A DNA stretch of 64,000 bases from contig CALRKF020000002.1 in the NCBI GenBank assembly GCA_943367825.1, forward strand, positions 54,249 to 118,248, in the 5' to 3' direction. The DNA is from Chitinophaga pinensis (GTDB lineage Bacteria; Bacteroidota; Bacteroidia; Chitinophagales; Chitinophagaceae). The notes beneath the pieces are model-generated. The model was not told the origin of the DNA. It made no database searches and saw only the letters and a program-made list of their open reading frames with translations. A program made the translations under genes and the position numbers. The stretch's first letter is position 1; every line of letters begins with the position of its first letter. Positions 29,137 through 38,055 of the stretch are shown here, one piece after another.

Positions 29137-29961
29137 TTAAAGAGACAAATGACTGGATTTTACGGTTTTACCAAAAAAAACTGCAGCATGACTGTCAAAA
29201 TCCTCTGTCGAATCGGTGGTGAAAAATTGGATTTCCCCTTTCTTACTACATTGCTCTTCAATGGCAGTATGGCGGGATAAATAGTCCTGCAGGCTTTGGG
29301 CTACAATAGCTCCTTGGCTGATAATTTGAATTTCAGGGGGAACAAATTGCCTGATTTTATCCATTAAAACCGGATAATGGGTACAGGCCAACAAAATACA
29401 ATCAATATGGCCTGATTTCTCTAATAATTGCTGCACATGCTTTTGAACAAAATAATCGGCCCCGGGTGATAAGTATTCATTGTTTTCAATCAATGGTACC
29501 CAAATCGGGCAGGCTTCCTGGAATACGTTGATATCGGGGAAAAATTTATTGATTTCAATGGGATAGGAATTGGAAACAACAGTACCAGTGGTACCTAAAA
29601 TCCCTACATTATTGCTTTGCGTGAATTGTCCAATAATTTCACTTGTGGGCCTGATTACCCCTAAAACTCGTTTATCAATACCTAATCTTGGCAGGTCTTT
29701 TTGCTGAATTGTTCTCAAGGCTTTAGCAGAAGCCGTATTACAGGCTAGAATAACTAACGGGCAACCTTGTTTAAAAAGCCACTCAACGCATTCTAAGGTA
29801 TATTGGTAAACCGTTTCGTAAGACCTGGTACCATAGGGAGCTCGGGCATTATCGCCCAGATAAAGATAATCGTACTGCGGTAACAGACGGCTAATCTCCT
29901 TTAGCACAGTAAGTCCACCATAACCACTGTCAAAAACCGCTATAGGACCAGTTTTAATCAT
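29137..29961 (-). CDS. murI: Glutamate racemase
   Basis: FDSGYGGL, PYG, ACNTAS and LLACTHYP. Confidence 0.96.
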   Translation of the reverse strand: MIKTGPIAVFDSGYGGLTVLKEISRLLPQYDYLYLGDNARAPYGTRSYETVYQYTLECVEWLFKQGCPLVILACNTASAKALRTIQQKDLPRLGIDKRVLGVIRPTSEIIGQFTQSNNVGILGTTGTVVSNSYPIEINKFFPDINVFQEACPIWVPLIENNEYLSPGADYFVQKHVQQLLEKSGHIDCILLACTHYPVLMDKIRQFVPPEIQIISQGAIVAQSLQDYLSRHTAIEEQCSKKGEIQFFTTDSTEDFDSHAAVFFGKTVKSSHLSL

Positions 29962-30016
29962 ACTTTAAAAATAAGAAAGCCGCAGGGCATTTCCTTTGAA
30001 ATTCCACCTTACTAGC

Positions 30017-30523
30017 TTATTTATTAATGCCCAGTTTCTTTTTAGCCAGCGGCATTATATCATCATTGGGAGGGGCAATAATAACCGAATTCAATTCAAG
30101 GATATAAAAATACCCATTTTCTTTGGCTATAAGTTTTACCAAATCCATCGCTTTTTTTCTAATTGGCATTAATAAGATTTCCTGTTTCTGCTGCAAAGCA
30201 GTTTCAGTCTGACTACTAAAATCGCGGATTTTACTATAGATTTCGATGAGTTTTTTACGGGCATCTGCTTTTTGCGTGGTATTCATCTTTATTGAATCAG
30301 CAATGAAACTGCTGTCGGCCTTACTCAATTCGTTTTGCAAACTGTCTAAATAAAATTGCATGTCAGCTTGAAAAGCTTTCAATTCTTTATCCGCTGCGGG
30401 TATATCAGGCATAATAGCTACCAATTCCTCTGTATTGATATAGCCTATTTTATTTTGTGCTTGTATAGAATTGGAAGCAAATATTCCAATACTCATAATA
30501 ATAACAAAAACTGCTTTTTTCAT
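30017..30523 (-). CDS. OmpH/Skp-family periplasmic chaperone (third copy)
   Basis: Signal ending IQA-Q, KIGYINTEEL..MP, coiled coil, IAKENGY and DDI..LAKKKLG. Confidence 0.9.
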   Translation of the reverse strand: MKKAVFVIIMSIGIFASNSIQAQNKIGYINTEELVAIMPDIPAADKELKAFQADMQFYLDSLQNELSKADSSFIADSIKMNTTQKADARKKLIEIYSKIRDFSSQTETALQQKQEILLMPIRKKAMDLVKLIAKENGYFYILELNSVIIAPPNDDIMPLAKKKLGINK

Positions 30524-30541
30524 ACTTGTACATTTTGCAGA

Positions 30542-30576
30542 TAAAAGAAAACCACCCTGACAACAGAATGGTTTTC
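30542..30576 (-). terminator. Minus-strand hairpin/terminator between ompH copies 2 and 3
   Basis: gaaaaccattctg-ttgt-cagggtggttttc, a 13-bp stem with two G-U pairs valid only on the minus strand, followed by ttttat. Confidence 0.7.
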
Positions 30577-30598
30577 CTTTATAAATATTATAGTTGTA

Positions 30599-31135
30599 TT
30601 AATTGGTTTTGCCAGGTACAGCTGGTTTAGGAGCAGGGACATCTTTAATACCTAATTTCTTTTTCACTAGGCCAATGATATCATCTCCTGGAGGGCCAAC
30701 AATTACAGAAGCATAATCTAACACATAAGCATACCCGTTTTCTTTGGCTACGGCTTTAATTGCTTCCATCGCTTTGTTACGGATGGGTACAAATTTTTGC
30801 TGTGCATACTGGTTAGCTTTGTCTTGTGCTTCTTGATTGTAATTTTGTACTCTTTGATACAAAGCAAGAATTTCACTTCTTTTGATTTCCTTCATACTAG
30901 GATTCAATTTTGCAGAATCTTCTACAAATTTGGCAGCTTTTTCATCAGCTTCTTTAGACAAATCATCTCCTTGTTTTTGCAAAGAATTTTGATATTCTGT
31001 CAACTCGCTGTCAGCCTTCGCTGCTTCAGGCATGAAGCCAATCAATTCCTGTGTATTGATGTAACCAATTTTGGTTTGTGCACTGGCAGTAAACATTCCC
31101 ATTGCCATCACCGCTACTACTAATAATTTTTTCAT
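30599..31135 (-). CDS. OmpH/Skp-family periplasmic chaperone (second copy)
   Basis: Signal MKKLLVVAVMAMGMFTASA-Q, KIGYINTQEL and VAKENGYAYVLD. Start 31135 preferred over 31183. Confidence 0.92.
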   Translation of the reverse strand: MKKLLVVAVMAMGMFTASAQTKIGYINTQELIGFMPEAAKADSELTEYQNSLQKQGDDLSKEADEKAAKFVEDSAKLNPSMKEIKRSEILALYQRVQNYNQEAQDKANQYAQQKFVPIRNKAMEAIKAVAKENGYAYVLDYASVIVGPPGDDIIGLVKKKLGIKDVPAPKPAVPGKTN

Positions 31136-31217
31136 TGTTGTGTTTTGAATTTTAATATACTTTTTTATTGGTTGATTTGCCAAGCAACATCGGCTTAAAC
31201 AATAGCTTTATTTCAAA

Positions 31218-31730
31218 TTATTTCACCCCCAGATTACGCAATACGTCTTCACTACGGTCTAATTTAGGGTCGGCAAAGATAACGGTAATTCCTTCACTTT
31301 TATCCAAAATGAAATCATAACTTTTCTCAATGGCCAGCTTTTGAACTGCGTTGTAAACCCTGTCCTGTATGGGTTTTATCAATTCCTGTCTTTTTTTAAA
31401 AAGATCACCTTCAAATCCAAAACGTTTTTTTTGTAGTTCTCTCAACTCCTTATCCTTATTGTAAATTTCATCTTCTCTTTTCTTTTTCAATTCATCACTT
31501 AACATAACTTGCTCTGCGTCATAATCCTTATACATTTTATCTACAATCGCTTGTTTTTGTTCAATCTCCTGTTGCCACTGATCGCTGAATTGATCCAGTT
31601 TTTTTTGAGCTTCTTTATATTCAGGCAGTTTTTCTAAAATAAATTTAGAGTCAATAACTGCATAGCGTTGTGCATTTCCCTGAAAAGAAACCATCAAAAA
31701 GGCAATGGCAATAAAAAGTATCTTTTTCAT
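31218..31730 (-). CDS. OmpH/Skp-family periplasmic chaperone (first copy)
   Basis: QRYAVIDSKFILEKLPEY, FGFEGDLFKKRQELIKPIQD and YDFILDK. Confidence 0.93.
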   Translation of the reverse strand: MKKILFIAIAFLMVSFQGNAQRYAVIDSKFILEKLPEYKEAQKKLDQFSDQWQQEIEQKQAIVDKMYKDYDAEQVMLSDELKKKREDEIYNKDKELRELQKKRFGFEGDLFKKRQELIKPIQDRVYNAVQKLAIEKSYDFILDKSEGITVIFADPKLDRSEDVLRNLGVK

Positions 31731-31775
31731 ATTCGTTGATTTTAGATTAAACTTAAAACATTTCAGGCATATTTT

Positions 31776-34508
31776 TTACTCGGGTTCCTGACCAAGCATA
31801 AACGTAAACTTAGCGGCCCCTTTCAATCCACCTGCCTGATTATACCTGTCAAAACCTATACCATAATCAAATCCTAGCAAGCCAAACATAGGTAAAAAGA
31901 ACCTCATCCCTACACCAGCACTTCTACGCAGTTTGAATGGATTGTAATCCTTGAAATTATACCAGCCATTGGCAGCTTCAAAGAATCCCAATGCATAAAT
32001 AGTACTACTGGCGCTTGTACTGAATGGATAACGGACTTCTAAAGTGTATTTGTTAAATATTGTAAAAAACTGTGAAGGAGTTCCATTATCAGGGTTAATC
32101 TTAGGATTGCTGGTCGAATAAACAGGATACCCTCTATGTGCAATAATATCATAGCCTAATAAAGCAAAATTATTACTTAGCCCTGCATCCCCTAATTGGA
32201 ATCGTTCAAATGGTGAAATATTTAAATCTGGATTGTATTTCCCGATAAAACCATATTTGGCCGCCACCTTAAGGATGAATTGTTTATTCTTTTCTGGTCC
32301 TCTTGCATTGCCAATTGGAATATACCATTCACCATTGAAACGCCATTTGTGAAATTCGGGCAAAGCATATTCATTATCCGCTTTGCTTTTGATTCCCATT
32401 AACGAATATGGCAATGTAAATTGTCCACTTAAAGAGAAATTGCTTCCGCTTGTAGGGAATATAGGATTAGGACCAGCGCTATTTCTAATTAATGCTATCT
32501 TCAAACTAATATTACTAGAAGTTCCATTTTTTAGTCCCTGAAACAATTGCCCGTAATTCTTCAGTTTATATTGTTGAAAATTCAAGGAATAAATCAAATT
32601 AAAATAATCATCTGGCCACTTTAACTGTTTACCTAAGGACACACCAACACCAATGGTTTTGATATAAGAAGTGTCGCCACATTTACGGCAATATTGTCCG
32701 AAATTATCATACGCATTGGCATACTTTGTATTAAAGTAGCTCACCGAAAATGAGTTTCTTTTCTTACCGCCTAACCAAGGTTCTGTAAAGGAGAAATTAT
32801 AAGAGCGGAAAGCACGTCCATTACTTTGAATACGAGCGCTTAGTTTTTGACCATCCCCGCTAGGCAATGGATCCCAGGTTGATTTTTTGTCAATATTTTT
32901 AAGCGAAAAATTATTAAAAGTTACACCCAAGGTTCCAGTAAGACCTATACCTCCTCCGAAGCCGGCTGAAAGTTCTAATTGGTCATTGGATTTTTCTTCT
33001 ACCTGCCAGTTAATATCAACTGTACCATCTGCTTGATTGGGTACTACCTGCGGATTAATTTTTTCAGGATTAAAATATCCTAATTGCGATAACTCACGCT
33101 GTGTACGAATGATATCGGCACGACTGAATTTTTCACCTGGCACTGTTCTCAATTCACGACGAATCACATAGTCCTTGGTTTTATCATTACCCGAAATAGT
33201 GATATTACCATATGTTGCTTGAGGACCTTCCCGCATTCTCAACTCAAAGTCGATCGTATCATTGTAAACGGCTGTTTCAATAGGATCTACCTGGAAGAAT
33301 AAATATCCATCATCCATAAATAAACTACCTATATCCCCACCCTCTGCAGACAATTGCTTGCCCAGTTTTTTATTCAACAATTCCAAATTATATACATCTC
33401 CTTTCTTAATTCCCAGAAAAAGATTGAGTATAGAATCTGTGTATTTAGTATTTCCTCTCCAAACGATATTGCCAAAATAGTATTTACGCCCTTCATTTAC
33501 TTTCACAAATACATTCAAATTGTTTTTTACACTTGTTTGAGTATCTGATACTATAAAAGCATCGCGATAACCCTGTGAATTGTAATAATCGAGTACACTC
33601 TCCTTATCTTCTGCATATTTTTTCTCGCTGAACTTAGAAGAACCGAAAAACTTTAATCTAAAATAAGGTTCAATAAAAGTTTTTGTTTTGGAGGGAGACA
33701 AATAACCATAATCTTGCAAATAAGATTTAAAGGATACTGATTTAGCAGAATCTCCATAAGGACTCACAATTTTGTCGGGTTTCAAACTAGCCCTGAACAT
33801 TTCCTTGGTGCCCTTCATCTGTTTTTTCAGCTTGGCTGATTCAACAAACTCATTACCAGAAAAATTAACAGAATTAACTTTTACTTTACTGCCTTTGTTG
33901 ATATAGAAAGTTAGAGAAATCGCATTGTTCAATTCGGGCATATCCTCTTCCTTCATTTCAATGGTTACATTTCTAAAACCTTTGTCATAGTAAAATTTAC
34001 GAATCGCTTCCACTGCACTCAGCTTCATATTTTCTGTTACTACTCTTTCTTTTGACAATGGAATCTTGCCTTCCAGATCATCTCTTTCGCCTTTTTTAGG
34101 TCCTATTAATTTAAAATTTGCCAATCTAGGCCTTTCTGTAATAGCTATTTCAATGGTCAGGTCGCGTCCAGTTAATTTCAGGAAATTAATTTCCACCTGA
34201 CTAATCAGGTTTTGTCTCCATAATTTGTTGATGGCTTTGCCAAATACATCTGTACCTGGAATCATTACTTTATCTCCAACAGCCAATCCTGATATAGAAA
34301 TTACCAAATTGGGGTCAAAAGCACGCGTACCGGTAACAACGATATCGGCAATAGTATATTCTTTAGGGACCTTGGTTTCAAAAATACCCATCAGGGCAGG
34401 GTCAATAGAAACAGGTATAGTATCGGTAGGATTTTGAGCATGAATTGCAGTAGCACCCAGCATCAACGTCATCAGCAATAAAACCCTTTTGTAAATAAGA
34501 AGCATCAA
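31776..34508 (-). CDS. bamA: Outer membrane protein assembly factor BamA
   Basis: Signal peptide, POTRA repeats (ISGNDKTKDYVIRREL..PGE), barrel with FTEPWL, HRGY (VRGF-like) and GVGMRFFLPMFGLLGFDYG. Confidence 0.96.
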   Translation of the reverse strand: MMLLIYKRVLLLMTLMLGATAIHAQNPTDTIPVSIDPALMGIFETKVPKEYTIADIVVTGTRAFDPNLVISISGLAVGDKVMIPGTDVFGKAINKLWRQNLISQVEINFLKLTGRDLTIEIAITERPRLANFKLIGPKKGERDDLEGKIPLSKERVVTENMKLSAVEAIRKFYYDKGFRNVTIEMKEEDMPELNNAISLTFYINKGSKVKVNSVNFSGNEFVESAKLKKQMKGTKEMFRASLKPDKIVSPYGDSAKSVSFKSYLQDYGYLSPSKTKTFIEPYFRLKFFGSSKFSEKKYAEDKESVLDYYNSQGYRDAFIVSDTQTSVKNNLNVFVKVNEGRKYYFGNIVWRGNTKYTDSILNLFLGIKKGDVYNLELLNKKLGKQLSAEGGDIGSLFMDDGYLFFQVDPIETAVYNDTIDFELRMREGPQATYGNITISGNDKTKDYVIRRELRTVPGEKFSRADIIRTQRELSQLGYFNPEKINPQVVPNQADGTVDINWQVEEKSNDQLELSAGFGGGIGLTGTLGVTFNNFSLKNIDKKSTWDPLPSGDGQKLSARIQSNGRAFRSYNFSFTEPWLGGKKRNSFSVSYFNTKYANAYDNFGQYCRKCGDTSYIKTIGVGVSLGKQLKWPDDYFNLIYSLNFQQYKLKNYGQLFQGLKNGTSSNISLKIALIRNSAGPNPIFPTSGSNFSLSGQFTLPYSLMGIKSKADNEYALPEFHKWRFNGEWYIPIGNARGPEKNKQFILKVAAKYGFIGKYNPDLNISPFERFQLGDAGLSNNFALLGYDIIAHRGYPVYSTSNPKINPDNGTPSQFFTIFNKYTLEVRYPFSTSASSTIYALGFFEAANGWYNFKDYNPFKLRRSAGVGMRFFLPMFGLLGFDYGIGFDRYNQAGGLKGAAKFTFMLGQEPE

Positions 34509-34626
34509 TTAGTTTTTTTACAAGCGGCAAATTAAGCCCTATTATTAAAAGTATTTGTTAAAGCATCTATCATCCTGTTTTGACGGTTTTTGATGCAAAA
34601 ATGTCTGTTTCCGATATAAAATGGCG

Positions 34627-35379
34627 TCATTTTGATTCCGCCTTTAGTTGTTCACTAGTCTTACCGAAGCGCCTTTCCCTGTTTTGAAAGTCCACAATCG
34701 CTTCATAAAGGTTTTCTTTTCTGAAATCGGGCCAGCGTGTATTGGTAAAATACAATTCAGCGTAGGCCAGTTGATACAGTAAGAAATTACTAATTCGGTA
34801 TTCACCACTGGTTCTAATCATCAATTCAGGATCTGGATAATCTTTGGTAGCCAGGTACTGCTGAAATGTTTTCTCATTTACCTCTGTTGATAGCAGTTTG
34901 CCCTTTTCTACATCAGCTGCAAGTTGCTGAATAGCATGAATGATTTCCCATCGGCTACTATAACTCAGTGCCATTATCAAGTGCATTCCGGTATTGACAC
35001 TAGTTTCATCCAAAGCAGCCTGCAATTCTTCTTTAGCAGTAATGGGCAACATATCGGTATCACCAATCACATGAAGGCGAATATTATTTTTATTTAAGGT
35101 GGGCACTTCCTTTCGGATTGTTTCTACCAATAATTCCATAAGGCCATTCACTTCATATTGAGGTCGATCCCAATTCTCGGTACTAAAAGCATATAGCGTG
35201 AGGTATTGTACCCCTAATTCGGCACAACCTTCTGTTATATTGCGAACGCTTTCTACCCCATGCAGATGCCCGAAAAGGCGGTCTTCCCCTTTTTCTTTCG
35301 CCCATCGCCCATTGCCATCCATAATAATAGCAATATGCTTTGGAAGTCGTTCTAAGTTTATGGAATCTTTTAGGCTCAT
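34627..35379 (-). CDS. uppS: Undecaprenyl diphosphate synthase (isoprenyl transferase)
   Basis: HIAIIMDGNGRWA, LYAFSTENWDRP, PDPELMIRTSGEYRISNFLLYQ and RERRFG. Confidence 0.97.
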   Translation of the reverse strand: MSLKDSINLERLPKHIAIIMDGNGRWAKEKGEDRLFGHLHGVESVRNITEGCAELGVQYLTLYAFSTENWDRPQYEVNGLMELLVETIRKEVPTLNKNNIRLHVIGDTDMLPITAKEELQAALDETSVNTGMHLIMALSYSSRWEIIHAIQQLAADVEKGKLLSTEVNEKTFQQYLATKDYPDPELMIRTSGEYRISNFLLYQLAYAELYFTNTRWPDFRKENLYEAIVDFQNRERRFGKTSEQLKAESK

Positions 35380-35395
35380 TAATACTAAAATAAGC

Positions 35396-35432
35396 AGTCA
35401 GGCACAGGGCCTGACTTTGGGCTGCGAAGGTA
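35396..35432 (-). promoter_or_regulatory. uppS operon promoter (-7 TACCTTCG) and 5' leader hairpin
   Basis: TACCTTCG at 35425-32 (one mismatch), then agtcaggc-cctgt-gcctgact 8-bp stem at 35396-35416. Confidence 0.5.
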
Positions 35433-35570
35433 GGGAAAATGCGGCAAACTTGAGGCTGGTAAAGCAAGTCCTTGTTTCTGGCTAACCATCTCCGATTCTA
35501 AAATCAGTTTTCCCTATTTACAAAATAAACTAAGCCCATGGTAATTGTCAGGACTACCTATTAACTAATA

Positions 35571-36992
35571 TTATAACATGGTTGTTGGGCAAACATATTC
35601 TGTCAATGAAAATGCATTGCTCGCCTTCATGGAATTGAATCCACCTCGTATATCTATCAATCTGTTATAGCCTCTTGCTTTTAATATAGAGGCAAAAATC
35701 ATTGACCGGTACCCGCCTGCGCAATAAACAAAATAGTTTTTGTTTTTATCTACCAGTTTCATGCTTTCGTTGATATAATCAAGTGGTGCATTTACCGCCC
35801 CCTCAACATGCTCGCTATCGAATTCACTTTTTTTACGAACATCTAATAGTTCAGCATTGGGCAATTTCTCCAGAATACTTGCCAATTCTGCTGCATCCAT
35901 CCTATAAATAGCATCGGTTTCTTTGCCGCTATCTTTCCAACTTGTAAATCCCCCTTTCAAAAAACCCAGGCAATAATCATATCCTACCCTTGCCAAGCGA
36001 CCAACCACTTCTTCTTCCTTTCCTGGTTCGGCTACTAATAATATTTGTGTTTTAACATCCGGTATCATGGCGCCTGCCCATGGTGCAAAACTGCCATTCA
36101 GTCCAATATTAATAGCGTTGGGTATAAATTCTCTTGCAAAAATATCAGCATCCCTTGTGTCGAGTATCAATGCGCCGGTTTCATTGGCAAGCGCTTCAAA
36201 AGCATCTGCAGTTAACTCTTTCAGTCCCCTTTCCATCACTTCTTCAATTGGATCATATCCTTTGATGTTTAATAAAACATTTAATGGAAAATAAGCAGGA
36301 GGTGGCGTTAACCCGTTCAATAAATTTTTTACAAACTGTTCCTTGCTTAGTTCAGGTTGCAATGCATAATTCACCGCTTTCTGATGTCCAAGACTATCAT
36401 AAGTTTCTTTGCTCATGTTTTTTCCACAGGCGCTTCCTGCGCCGTGAGCAGGATACACAATAACATCATCTGCCAGTGGCATTATTTTATTGTGTAAAGA
36501 TTCATATAGATGATTAGCCAACAAATCCTCTGTTAACTCGGCTTTTACTTTTTGCGCCAAATCAGGTCTCCCTACATCACCAATGAATAAGGTATCACCA
36601 CTGAATAAAGCGATGTCTTTCCCGGTTTCATCCTTTAGTAAATAACAACAGGACTCCATGGTATGACCTGGTGTATGTAAAACTGTAAAACTTATTTTTC
36701 CAACTTTGAATACTTCACCATCTGTGGCAACTTTTGCTTCAAAGTTAGGTACAGCTGTCGGCCCAAATACAATGGTAGCGCCAGTAGCCTTGGCCAAATC
36801 GAGATGCCCACTAACAAAATCGGCATGAAAATGAGTTTCAAAAACATACTTGATTTTTGAACCAGATTGGTTTTCTCTATCGAGATAAGGTTTTATTTCC
36901 CGAAGCGGGTCGATGACAACAGCTTCCCCATCACTTTCAATATAATATGCTCCCTGAGCCAAACAACCAGTATAGATTTGTTCTATTGTCAT
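35571..36992 (-). CDS. MBL-fold persulfide dioxygenase-like protein fused to two rhodanese domains (CstB/Blh-like)
   Basis: THFHADFVSGH, HTPGHT, GDTLF and PAHGAGSACG. First rhodanese lacks Cys; second has VYCAGGYRS. Confidence 0.88.
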   Translation of the reverse strand: MTIEQIYTGCLAQGAYYIESDGEAVVIDPLREIKPYLDRENQSGSKIKYVFETHFHADFVSGHLDLAKATGATIVFGPTAVPNFEAKVATDGEVFKVGKISFTVLHTPGHTMESCCYLLKDETGKDIALFSGDTLFIGDVGRPDLAQKVKAELTEDLLANHLYESLHNKIMPLADDVIVYPAHGAGSACGKNMSKETYDSLGHQKAVNYALQPELSKEQFVKNLLNGLTPPPAYFPLNVLLNIKGYDPIEEVMERGLKELTADAFEALANETGALILDTRDADIFAREFIPNAINIGLNGSFAPWAGAMIPDVKTQILLVAEPGKEEEVVGRLARVGYDYCLGFLKGGFTSWKDSGKETDAIYRMDAAELASILEKLPNAELLDVRKKSEFDSEHVEGAVNAPLDYINESMKLVDKNKNYFVYCAGGYRSMIFASILKARGYNRLIDIRGGFNSMKASNAFSLTEYVCPTTML

Positions 36993-37023
36993 AAATTATG
37001 TTTTGCAGCAAAAATGTAAAATG

Positions 37024-37051
37024 CAAAGGTAAAGGAAGGTGATATATATCA
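37024..37051 (-). promoter_or_regulatory. -7 element TACCTTTG with an FNR-like TGAT-N4-ATCA box in the promoter spacer
   Basis: TACCTTTG at 37024-31 (minus); TGATatatATCA at 37040-51. Confidence 0.55.
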
Positions 37052-37320
37052 GTTAGAGGGTTGATTCCCGATAGTAATGGGGGACTTTGGCACCTCTTTC
37101 CCAATGAAAAGCAGGAAAATTGCCTTTCATACAATGAATATTAGCAGCTGTTTTCCAATGCCATTCCCGCAAATACTAACCCAATTTTGAATTATCAGCT
37201 ACTGCTTTTTAGAACAAAAGTTGATAATTTAAGCACAAGCTGGATTGCATCAAATTTCAAAAAAGCAATTTTTCCCTATGAAATGTGCATTAAAAAAAAT
37301 AAAATTTCTCCGTTAAATGA

Positions 37321-37350
37321 TTGACTGGGTAAATAATTAATTTATATTTG
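37321..37350 (+). promoter_or_regulatory. Promoter of the H1/SWIB gene (-33 TTG, -7 TATATTTG)
   Basis: TTG at 37321-23, 19-nt spacer, TATATTTG at 37343-50. Confidence 0.6.
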
Positions 37351-37397
37351 ATACTGCAAATGCCGAACACTCATTAACATTCTAAATTTTAAACAAC

Positions 37398-37781
37398 ATG
37401 GCAACAAAAAAAGCAGCTCCTAAAAAAGCAGCAAAAAAAGCAGCTCCTAAAAAAGCAGTGAAGAAAGCGGCTCCTAAAAAAGCAGCAAAAAAAGCAGCTC
37501 CTAAAAAAGTAGCAAAAAAGAAATCTGCACGTAAACCTTCAGCAGCATTTATGAAACCACTTACTCCAAGTGCTGATTTAGCAGCTGTAGTAGGAAGCAA
37601 AGCATTACCACGTACAGAAGTGGTTAAAAAAATCTGGGTATATATTAAGGCGAACAAATTACAAGATGCAAAAAACAAACGCATGATTAATGCGGATGCA
37701 AAATTGAAACTTGTATTTGGTGGAAAAGGTCAGGTATCAATGTTTGATATGGCCAAATACCTTTCCAAGCACCTTAAATAA
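37398..37781 (+). CDS. SWIB/MDM2-domain protein with histone-H1-like Lys/Ala/Pro N-terminal tail
   Basis: (KKAAPKKAA)x4, then FMKPLTPSADLAAVVG..PRTEVVKKIWVYIK..LQD..NKRMINADAKL..F. Confidence 0.92.
   Translation: MATKKAAPKKAAKKAAPKKAVKKAAPKKAAKKAAPKKVAKKKSARKPSAAFMKPLTPSADLAAVVGSKALPRTEVVKKIWVYIKANKLQDAKNKRMINADAKLKLVFGGKGQVSMFDMAKYLSKHLK
37407..37514 (+). repeat. Four in-frame 27-nt tandem repeats encoding KKAAPKK(A/V)(A/V)
   Basis: Unit aaaaaagcagctcctaaaaaagcagca with few substitutions. Confidence 0.92.
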
Positions 37782-37794
37782 TTAAGGCATTACT

Positions 37795-37827
37795 AAAAAA
37801 AGGGATATCTACTGATGTCCCTTTTTT
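37795..37827 (+). terminator. Intrinsic terminator after the SWIB gene
   Basis: aaaaaaagggatatc-tact-gatgtccctttttt. Confidence 0.85.
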
Positions 37828-37928
37828 ATTTTCCCTCTACCGCTTGCTATCAATTCCAACCTATATAAACATTGGCATCTTATAAATGCCACATTCCTTC
37901 CCCCTCTGTCAATCAAATTCTTTATTAA

Positions 37929-37953
37929 TGATATGAATCAGTTTTAAAACTGA
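37929..37953. promoter_or_regulatory. FNR-like box TGATatgaATCA overlapping a perfect 16-bp palindrome TCAGTTTTAAAACTGA
   Basis: Read directly from sequence, upstream of the PFOR operon. Candidate -7 TAACTTTC at 37986-93. Confidence 0.5.
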
Positions 37954-38055
37954 AATAGGTCACATCCTATTGGCGGGCATCTTTCTAACTTTCAGCGTTT
38001 TTCCACTGTTCCATTTTTGACAGTCTATCAAATTTAAATTTTGAAATAATTTACC

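Noticed and set aside
35183-35485. Short ORFs on both strands overlapping the uppS 5' end
   Set aside because: Shadow or alternate frames of uppS with no protein-like motifs.
37407-37514. 27-nt repeats as a CRISPR array
   Set aside because: No spacers, in-frame coding repeats, and no cas genes.
37382-37684. Minus-strand 100-aa ORF with FLGAAFFAA repeats
   Set aside because: Antisense shadow of the KKAAPKKAA repeats; promoter, terminator and SWIB motif all support the + strand gene.
38017-38031. TTGAC-agtct-ATCAA as another FNR box
   Set aside because: The spacer is 5 nt rather than 4, so it was not counted.
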